From contig JAJYYV010000002.1 in NCBI GenBank assembly GCA_021800535.1, positions 25,620 to 89,619 of the forward strand: a stretch of 64,000 bases of DNA. Direction: 5' to 3'. The stretch comes from a bacterium (GTDB taxonomy: Bacteria > Ratteibacteria > UBA8468 > B48-G9 > DTJG01). Below the pieces are notes generated by a model, which made no database searches, was not told the origin of the DNA, and saw only the letters and a program-made list of their open reading frames with translations. Shown here in pieces: positions 49,256 through 56,783 of this stretch (position 1 is the first letter of the stretch; every line of letters starts with the position of its first letter). The position numbers were made by a program, and so were the translations under genes.

Positions 49256-50911
49256 ATGAATAATAAAATTATTATTTCTATTTTAATTCTTTTCTCAGGG
49301 GTGTTATTTTTTACAGGGATTAACTGGGGGCTTCCTTCTGCAAAAATTAATTCTCTTTATTTTCAGAATACAAAAGACATCAAAAAAACTCTGAATTTGA
49401 TTAAAAAATATAGGCAAAAAAAAGAAAAACCTCCTCGTTATTTATATAATTCTATTCGCAGCTATCATCCAGATGAATATTTTGTTATAAAATCACTTTC
49501 ATCAATAAATCCCCGTAAATTAAATTTCAATACACACCAATTTGCAATAGGAGGGGCTTATATTTACCTGCTGGGTGTCATACTTTTAATTTTTTCAAAA
49601 CTAAAACTTATATATCTTACAAAAAATATCAGTTTTTATTTTTTTCATCCTTTTCAGATTGCAAAATTTTACATTGTTGGAAGAATATTAAGCGGACTGT
49701 ATGGAATAGGTATTATTCTTTTTACCTATCTTCTTGGAACAAATCTATGGAATAATAAAAATGCCGGATTTTATGCTGGAATTCTGACTGCATTATCTCC
49801 ACTTGTTTTACTTAATTCTCATTATATGTATGTTGATATTCCCGGATTGTTCTGGACAATGCTTGCGCTTTTCCTTGCTGTAAAATTTCTAAAAGGCAAA
49901 ACAAATAAATTTATGCCATTTCTTATAGGAGTTGCATGCGGAATTGCATCAGGGAATAAATTAACATTCGTTCTGTCTTTTCTTATTCCATTTTTTACCT
50001 TTGTTTTACTGGAAAAAAATCGGTTTATTTTAAGAGCTAAAAATGTGTTTTTTTCTTTTATTGGCTTTATACTTGCTTTTTTTATAACAAATCCTTATTT
50101 TTTAAACGCCTTTCATCAATTATTCTTTGGGAAAGGTAAAAATGCTGTTGCTTTAAGTTTTCAACCAAATTTTTATTTCTTATCTCTAAAAGATGGATTA
50201 GGATTATTCCTGTTAATTTTTTTACTCGCAGGAATTATTTTTGCATTTTTTAAAAAAGAGAAAGAAATTCTTGAATCTGATAAGATGCTTGTTTTATTAT
50301 GGATTGTAAGTTTTTTTGTTATAATGTCTTTTTTTGCGCTAAAATTTGCCCGATATATTCTTCCTATTATACCTTCTTTTATTGTTTTAGGCATAGGATT
50401 CTGGATGAATTATACAAACAGAAAATATTCAATTGTTAAAAAGATACTTCTTATTCTTGTAGTATTTATAACTTTTATTTATGGAATTTCATTTTTATCT
50501 CTTTTTATCAGAAATACAAGAACAAAAGCAGGTGAATGGATTTCTCAGAATTTACCCGGAGGAACAACAATTGGAGTTACAGAAGTGCCCTGGCAGTTTC
50601 AGGTGCCGCCTTTAAATGAAGAAAAATATAAAATAAAATCTACTGGTTATAATATCCATAAAGTAAAAAAACTATTGCCTAAATATTTTCTTATTTCTTC
50701 TTTCCAGGCTCCTATTCCTACATATCCTGTTAATCTTAGGGAAGCAAAAAAAAAATTCTGGAAACAGTTAAAAAAAACAAATATATATAAACCAGTTAAA
50801 ATGTGGCGGATTGAACCTTCATTTTTCGGTTTTACCTTCAAATATAAAACAATGCCGCAGGACTTAATTTATTTAAATCCCACTATTATTCTGTTAAAAA
50901 AAGGACATTAA
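49256..50911 (+). CDS. GT-C fold membrane glycosyltransferase (ArnT/PMT-like)
   Basis: 551 aa, polytopic. First-loop motif SYHPDEYFV (D73-E74). C-terminal soluble domain of about 120 aa. Confidence 0.6.
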   Translation: MNNKIIISILILFSGVLFFTGINWGLPSAKINSLYFQNTKDIKKTLNLIKKYRQKKEKPPRYLYNSIRSYHPDEYFVIKSLSSINPRKLNFNTHQFAIGGAYIYLLGVILLIFSKLKLIYLTKNISFYFFHPFQIAKFYIVGRILSGLYGIGIILFTYLLGTNLWNNKNAGFYAGILTALSPLVLLNSHYMYVDIPGLFWTMLALFLAVKFLKGKTNKFMPFLIGVACGIASGNKLTFVLSFLIPFFTFVLLEKNRFILRAKNVFFSFIGFILAFFITNPYFLNAFHQLFFGKGKNAVALSFQPNFYFLSLKDGLGLFLLIFLLAGIIFAFFKKEKEILESDKMLVLLWIVSFFVIMSFFALKFARYILPIIPSFIVLGIGFWMNYTNRKYSIVKKILLILVVFITFIYGISFLSLFIRNTRTKAGEWISQNLPGGTTIGVTEVPWQFQVPPLNEEKYKIKSTGYNIHKVKKLLPKYFLISSFQAPIPTYPVNLREAKKKFWKQLKKTNIYKPVKMWRIEPSFFGFTFKYKTMPQDLIYLNPTIILLKKGH

Positions 50912-50914
50912 TAT

Positions 50915-51910
50915 ATGTTTAATTTTACTCTATCCAAAGAATTAATCGCCCAATTTCCTTTAAAAGAAAGAGAAAAGGCAAGGCTTATGATAGTAGAAAG
51001 AAAAAACAATAAAATTACAGAAAAAATATTTGCTGATATATCTGAATTTTTTAGAGAAGAAGACACGATTGTTTTAAATAACGCCAAGGTTATCCCGGCA
51101 AGACTACCGGGGAAAAAGGAAACAGGAGGAAACATAGAGGTTTTTCTTTTAAAAAAAGAGACTAAATGGACATGGAACATCCTTATAAGAGGCAGAATAA
51201 AAACAGGCCAAAAATTTATTTTACCGGATATAGAAGGAAAAATCATACAAAGAAACCCGGATGGGTCGTTTATCATAGAGTTTTCCACTGATAAAGAAGA
51301 GGAAATTTTAAAACATGGAGAGGTCCCACTTCCTCCTTATATAAAAAGACCTCCTGTAGAAATAGATAAAGAGTATTATCAAACAGTTTATGCTGAGAAA
51401 CCCGGGGCAGTTGCTGCTCCTACAGCAGGACTTCATTTTACAAAAAAAATGCTGGATAATTTAATAGAAAAAAGAGTAAATGTATGCTTTTTAACTCTTT
51501 ATATTGGCTGGCCATCATTTAAAACAATTAAAGGAACAGATATAGAAACTGTTGGAGAAGAATTCTTTGAAATCAATAAAGAAACAGCAGATATGATAAA
51601 TTATACCAAAGAAAAAGGGAAAAAAATATTTGCTGTTGGAACAAGCTGTGTAAGGGCACTGGAAAGTTCTGTTGAAAATGGAAAAATTATACCTGATTCA
51701 AAATGGACAAACCTTTTTATTAAAGAAGGTTTTGATTTTAAAATTGTAGATAGCCTTATAACCAATTTTCATCTTCCATTTTCTACACATCTTGAACTTG
51801 TTTGTGCCTTTGGAGGAATCCAATTAATTGAAAAAGCTTATGATATAGCTATTGAAAAACAATATAGATTTTATTCATACGGAGATGCTATGTTAATACT
51901 AGGAATCTAA
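50915..51910 (+). CDS. queA: S-adenosylmethionine:tRNA ribosyltransferase-isomerase
   Basis: 331 aa. Motifs PLPPYIKR, APTAGLHFT and VGTSCVRALES. Confidence 0.93.
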   Translation: MFNFTLSKELIAQFPLKEREKARLMIVERKNNKITEKIFADISEFFREEDTIVLNNAKVIPARLPGKKETGGNIEVFLLKKETKWTWNILIRGRIKTGQKFILPDIEGKIIQRNPDGSFIIEFSTDKEEEILKHGEVPLPPYIKRPPVEIDKEYYQTVYAEKPGAVAAPTAGLHFTKKMLDNLIEKRVNVCFLTLYIGWPSFKTIKGTDIETVGEEFFEINKETADMINYTKEKGKKIFAVGTSCVRALESSVENGKIIPDSKWTNLFIKEGFDFKIVDSLITNFHLPFSTHLELVCAFGGIQLIEKAYDIAIEKQYRFYSYGDAMLILGI

Positions 51911-51983
51911 ACTTGAAGTGTAAATTTTTTAATTATATGGCATTTATGATATTATGATATAATTAAATTTATTATAAAAATAT

Positions 51984-52643
51984 ATGGGAGATGAAAAAAT
52001 GAAAAAATGTCTGATGGTCTGGGGAGGATGGGATGGCCATCAACCAAAAGAAACTACAGAAATTTTTGTGCCATTTCTTTCTAAAAATGGATTTGATGTT
52101 GAAGTTTCAACTACACTTGATTCTTTTTTGGATTCAGAAAAAATGTCTTCTCTGAATTTAATTGTTCTTTGTTGGACAATGGGACAAATAACAGGAGAAC
52201 AACTAAAAGGATTGATATCTGCTGTTAAAAATGGAGTGGGAATTGCAGGCTGGCATGGTGGAATGGGAGATGCTTTTAGAAATGATTGTGAATATCAATT
52301 TATGGTTGGAGGACAATTTGTTGCCCATCCTGTTATTGGATATGAAGTCAATATTACAGACCATGATGATCCTGTAACAAAAGGATTAAAAGATTTTTCT
52401 GTCCCTGATTCAGAACAATATTATATGCATGTTGACCCTTCAAATAAAGTATTGGCAACAACAATAGTTAAGGGAACAGAAGATGTTTCATGGATAAAGG
52501 GTTGTATTATGCCGGTTGTATGGAAAAAAATGTATGGAAAAGGTAGGGTTTTTTATTCATCTATAGGGCATCAGGTAAAAGATTTTGATATACCTGAAGT
52601 TAAAGAAATAGTTCAGAGAGGTATGCTCTGGGCAGCAAAATAA
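51984..52643 (+). CDS. thuA: ThuA-domain protein
   Basis: 219 aa. LMVWGGWDGHQP...GIAGWHGGMGDAF...GGQFVAHP resembles the ThuA family. The start may be the Met at 51999. Confidence 0.7.
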   Translation: MGDEKMKKCLMVWGGWDGHQPKETTEIFVPFLSKNGFDVEVSTTLDSFLDSEKMSSLNLIVLCWTMGQITGEQLKGLISAVKNGVGIAGWHGGMGDAFRNDCEYQFMVGGQFVAHPVIGYEVNITDHDDPVTKGLKDFSVPDSEQYYMHVDPSNKVLATTIVKGTEDVSWIKGCIMPVVWKKMYGKGRVFYSSIGHQVKDFDIPEVKEIVQRGMLWAAK

Positions 52644-52672
52644 AATTTGATTTTAAATGATAGGAAAATTAA

Positions 52673-53764
52673 ATGGAAAAAGTTAAAGTAGGCATTATTG
52701 GATGTGGGAATATAAGTAGTGTATATTTTAAGAAATTAAAAGAATCTGAAATTACTGATATTGTGGCATGCGCTGATATCATAAAAGAAAGAGCACAAAA
52801 GAAAGCAGAAGAATTCGGAATTCCAAAAGTATATAGTGTTGATGAACTTCTTTCTGATAAAGAAATAGAAATAGTTGTTAATCTTACAATTCCTATATCT
52901 CATTATGAAATTGCCATTACTTCCCTAAAATCCGGGAAATCCACTTATAGTGAAAAACCTCTTGCTATAAATAAAAAACAGGGAAAAGAAATTGTAAAGA
53001 TTGCAAAACAAAAAAAATTATATGTGGGAAGTGCTCCTGATACATTTTTAGGAGCAGGTATTCAGACATGTATAAAAATTATCAATGATGGAATAATTGG
53101 AGAACCTATATCCGCAACAGCATTTTGTGTGGGCCATGGCCACGAATCATGGCATCCTGACCCGGAATTTTATTATAAAATAGGCGGCGGACCTTTGTTT
53201 GATATGGGGCCATATTACCTTACAGCCCTTATAAATTTAATTGGTCCTGTAAAAAGCGTAATGGGTTTTACAAAAATAACCTTTCCGGAAAGAACAATAA
53301 CAAGTCAACCAAAATCCGGAACAAAAATTATTGTTGAAGTACCTACTCATATAACAGGACTTCTTGAATTTGAAAATGGAGCAATTGGTACAGTTATTAC
53401 AAGTTTTGATGTATGGGCATCTAATTTACCACTGATAGAAATCCATGGAACAAAAGGTTCTATAAGTGTACCAGATCCAAATGGTTTCGGAGGAGAAGTT
53501 AAAATATTTACAGAGAAAGAAAAAAAATGGCAGGTGGTTCCTTTAACCCATAAATATGCAGAACAAAATAGAGGACTGGGGGTAGAAGATATGGCTTATG
53601 CAATAAGAACCAATAGAAAACACAGGGCCAATGGAAATCTTGCTTTTCATGTACTGGATATAATGGAGTCTTTACATGAATCTTCAGATAAAGGTAAACG
53701 AATTATATTAAAAAGTACATGTGAAAAATCCAAACCAATGCCTGAAGAAGGGCTTTATGAATAA
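52673..53764 (+). CDS. Gfo/Idh/MocA family oxidoreductase (ThuB-like)
   Basis: 363 aa. N-terminal Rossmann motif KVGIIGCGNISSVY and the EKPLA motif (YSEKPLAINK). Confidence 0.85.
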   Translation: MEKVKVGIIGCGNISSVYFKKLKESEITDIVACADIIKERAQKKAEEFGIPKVYSVDELLSDKEIEIVVNLTIPISHYEIAITSLKSGKSTYSEKPLAINKKQGKEIVKIAKQKKLYVGSAPDTFLGAGIQTCIKIINDGIIGEPISATAFCVGHGHESWHPDPEFYYKIGGGPLFDMGPYYLTALINLIGPVKSVMGFTKITFPERTITSQPKSGTKIIVEVPTHITGLLEFENGAIGTVITSFDVWASNLPLIEIHGTKGSISVPDPNGFGGEVKIFTEKEKKWQVVPLTHKYAEQNRGLGVEDMAYAIRTNRKHRANGNLAFHVLDIMESLHESSDKGKRIILKSTCEKSKPMPEEGLYE

Positions 53765-53781
53765 AATAGGAGAATTAGATT

Positions 53782-54588
53782 ATGAAAATAGGAGTTATTC
53801 CTGATTGCTTTAAGTTACCTATAAAACAAGGAATTAAAAAAGCTTCAGAATTAAAATTAGATGGAATTCAGCCATATATTACATCAGGAGAAATTTCACC
53901 TGAAAATCTTACAAAAACAGGCAGAGAGGATTTTAAAAAATTTGTAGAGGGATTGGGTCTTCAGATTTCTGCTGTTGTTGGTGATTTTGGGCATGGTTTT
54001 GCCGACTCCAAAACCTTGGAATGGACTATTGAAAAAACAAAAAAGGTTATTGACCTTGCTTTTGATATTGATGTAAAAATTGTAACTACCCATATAGGTG
54101 TCGTTCCTGAAAATGAAAAAGAAACAAATTGGAAAATGATGGTTCAATCTTTACCGGAAATTGGAAATTATGCCTATAATAAAGGGATAGTTCTTGCAAC
54201 AGAAACCGGTCCTGAACCGGCAACTGTTTTAAAAAAATTACTTGATTATGTCAACAATCCTGGGATTAAGGTAAATTATGACCCGGCAAATCTTGTAATG
54301 GTAGCAGGTGATGACCCTGTCAAAGGAGTAAAAATCCTAAGTAAATATATAGTTCATACACATGCAAAGGATGGGGTTAAACTTCCGGATGAAAATGGAA
54401 ATAAAAAATGGGAAGAAAAACCATTAGGCGAAGGTGATGTTGATTTTCCTGAATATTTAAAAGCAATGAAAGAAATTGGATACACAGGATTTTTTACAAT
54501 TGAAAGAGAAGTTGGGGATAATCCAGAATTTGATATTATTAAAGCACGGGATTTTTTAAGAAATCTTGAAAAGAGTATAAAATTATAA
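53782..54588 (+). CDS. sugar phosphate isomerase/epimerase (xylose-isomerase-like TIM barrel)
   Basis: 268 aa. Family-typical segments LATETGPEP, NYDPANLV, HTHAKDG and FTIERE. Confidence 0.8.
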   Translation: MKIGVIPDCFKLPIKQGIKKASELKLDGIQPYITSGEISPENLTKTGREDFKKFVEGLGLQISAVVGDFGHGFADSKTLEWTIEKTKKVIDLAFDIDVKIVTTHIGVVPENEKETNWKMMVQSLPEIGNYAYNKGIVLATETGPEPATVLKKLLDYVNNPGIKVNYDPANLVMVAGDDPVKGVKILSKYIVHTHAKDGVKLPDENGNKKWEEKPLGEGDVDFPEYLKAMKEIGYTGFFTIEREVGDNPEFDIIKARDFLRNLEKSIKL

Positions 54589-54627
54589 AGTGTACAAATA
54601 AATAATTTAATATGGGAGATTATAAAT

Positions 54628-55653
54628 ATGTTTAGATTTTTTAATGCATTTTTCAATGACCTTGGTATAGACCTTGGAACAGCCAACACAGCAATTTTTG
54701 TTCGTGGTAAAGGAGTTATTCTTTTTGAACCTTCAATTGTAGCAATAAACAAAGAAACAAAAAAAGTGCTTAATGTTGGAGCGGAAGCAAAAAAAATGTT
54801 GGGGAAAACACCTGCCAATATTGTAGCTATGAAACCTATGAAAGATGGAGTTATAGCAGATTTTGATGCCTGTGAATCAATGCTAAGAAAATTTATTGAA
54901 AAGGTACGGTCATCAAAGCATAAATTTATTATTCCTCCTAAAATGATAATAGCTGTACCTTCAGGAATAACCAATGTAGAAAGAAGAGCTGTGAAAGAAA
55001 CCGCTTTAAAAGCAGGAGCCAGAATGGTAAGACTTGTTGAAGAACCTATGGCATCTGCAATAGGTGTTGGCTTACCTGTGGCAGAACCATGCGGAAGTTT
55101 TATTCTTGATATAGGAGGAGGAACTACAGAAATGGCTATTATTTCCTTAGGTGGAATTGTTATTACAAAAAGTTTAAGAATAGCAGGTAATGAAATGGAT
55201 GAAGCTATTTCTGATTATATGAAAAAAAAATATAATCTCCTTATAGGAGAAAAAACATCTGAAGATATAAAAATAAATATTGGTTCTGCTTATCCGCTTG
55301 AAGAAGAACTTACATTGGAAGTCCATGGCAGAGACCTTGTAGAAGGACTCCCCAGAATGATAAAAATACATTCTGAGGAAATAAGAGAAGCATTAAAAGA
55401 TACACTTATATCAATAGTTGAAGCAGTAAGAGATATCTTAGAAGAAACCCCTCCAGAGCTTTCAAGTGATTTGGTTGAAAATGGTCTGGTTATAGCAGGA
55501 GGAGGAGCTCTTTTAAGAAATATAGATAAACTGATTTCCCAGGAAACAAAGCTTCCTGTGGTAATAGCGGAACAACCAATGTTTGCTGTTGTCCATGGAA
55601 CAGGAAAAATGTTAGAAGAAGACAAATATTTTAAAGAATTTTCCCAGGAATAA
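54628..55653 (+). CDS. mreB: rod shape-determining actin homolog MreB
   Basis: 341 aa. Motifs DLGIDLGTANT, DIGGGTTEMAIISLGG and VIAGGGALL. Confidence 0.97.
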   Translation: MFRFFNAFFNDLGIDLGTANTAIFVRGKGVILFEPSIVAINKETKKVLNVGAEAKKMLGKTPANIVAMKPMKDGVIADFDACESMLRKFIEKVRSSKHKFIIPPKMIIAVPSGITNVERRAVKETALKAGARMVRLVEEPMASAIGVGLPVAEPCGSFILDIGGGTTEMAIISLGGIVITKSLRIAGNEMDEAISDYMKKKYNLLIGEKTSEDIKINIGSAYPLEEELTLEVHGRDLVEGLPRMIKIHSEEIREALKDTLISIVEAVRDILEETPPELSSDLVENGLVIAGGGALLRNIDKLISQETKLPVVIAEQPMFAVVHGTGKMLEEDKYFKEFSQE

Positions 55654-55658
55654 TTTCA

Positions 55659-56336
55659 ATGCTATGGAAATTCAGAAAAGAACTTATCCTTATTATTTTC
55701 ATTATAATAAGTCTTATTATAATACATAATAATAGATTTTTTTATAAAAAAGAAAAAACTTTATACTTTCCTATAAAGAAGAATATTTCTGTTGCCAATC
55801 TTTTAAAAAAAGAAATACAATTGGAAAATCTGCTAAATCTTAAAAAAAAATATTCCTCTTCTCACTCCCATATTATTTATGCTAAAGTAGTAGAAATTTC
55901 CCCCTGGGTTTTTCCATCAGTTATAAAAATTAATAAAGGAAATTCTTCCGGGGTTAAACAGGGAATGACAATTATCAATAGTTCTGGCTATCTTGTAGGA
56001 AGAATTACAAATGTTTTTACAAATTATGCTACGGGGATTACTCTTTTTAATAAAGCGAACAGGGTAAGTGCAGTAATTCCTCCGGTAGAAGAAATTGGAG
56101 TTATAGAAGGTGGAAATTTTCCATATATAGATATGAAATTTTTACCTCCACAGCCAAATGCGAAAAAAGGGAATATAGTTCAAACATCTCAATACACCCA
56201 ACTTTTCCATCCCAATATTGTTATAGGACAAATAACAAAAATTTTTTCTTCAAATAATAAGCTTGTCACAGAAGCTTTGGTAAAACCTTTTTTTTATTAT
56301 TCCGGATTTGAAAATGTCGCTCTTATTAAAAGATAA
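55659..56336 (+). CDS. mreC: rod shape-determining protein MreC (short)
   Basis: 225 aa. N-terminal TM helix, a beta-rich domain with INKGNSSGVKQGMTII, and its position after mreB. Confidence 0.8.
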   Translation: MLWKFRKELILIIFIIISLIIIHNNRFFYKKEKTLYFPIKKNISVANLLKKEIQLENLLNLKKKYSSSHSHIIYAKVVEISPWVFPSVIKINKGNSSGVKQGMTIINSSGYLVGRITNVFTNYATGITLFNKANRVSAVIPPVEEIGVIEGGNFPYIDMKFLPPQPNAKKGNIVQTSQYTQLFHPNIVIGQITKIFSSNNKLVTEALVKPFFYYSGFENVALIKR

Positions 56337-56781
56337 AAAATTTCTATTATTAATATTTTTGCCTGCTATTTTGCAGGCAATATTCCCTAAATTATGGATA
56401 GACCCATTTTTAATTGCACTTTTTTATATTTCATGGGAAAACACAGATAAAACCATATTTTCTTCTTTTATTTTAATTATAATATGGAGTATAATAAAAT
56501 ATTATATTATCGGGGAAAATATTGGTATTGAAATGCTTTCTTTAATATTTGTATGGTATTACCTTAATTATTTTAATTTTAAAATCAGCAGAATCAGTAA
56601 GATAATTAATATTATAATCGGAAATTTTATTTTTGTTTTTATTACTATATTTATACCAAACATAAAAGGTCTTTGGAGTGTTCCAATGTTTTTTAAATTT
56701 TTTATATATTTTACATGTATAAATCTTATTTTTTGCTGGATAATATGGAATTTAAAAAATTTTATTAAAACCTATATATAA
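56308..56781 (+). CDS. mreD: rod shape-determining protein MreD
   Basis: 157 aa, all hydrophobic helices. Canonical position between mreC and mrdA. Confidence 0.7.
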   Translation: MKMSLLLKDKKFLLLIFLPAILQAIFPKLWIDPFLIALFYISWENTDKTIFSSFILIIIWSIIKYYIIGENIGIEMLSLIFVWYYLNYFNFKISRISKIINIIIGNFIFVFITIFIPNIKGLWSVPMFFKFFIYFTCINLIFCWIIWNLKNFIKTYI

Positions 56782-56783
56782 AA

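Noticed and set aside
50908-51288. 126-aa minus-strand ORF overlapping the 5' part of queA.
   Set aside because: It is antisense to a clear queA reading frame and has no motifs. It would need an unlikely full overlap.
54354-54974. 206-aa minus-strand ORF spanning the end of the TIM-barrel gene and the start of mreB.
   Set aside because: It is antisense to two well-supported genes. Its sequence is hydrophobic and low-complexity, which looks like an artefact.
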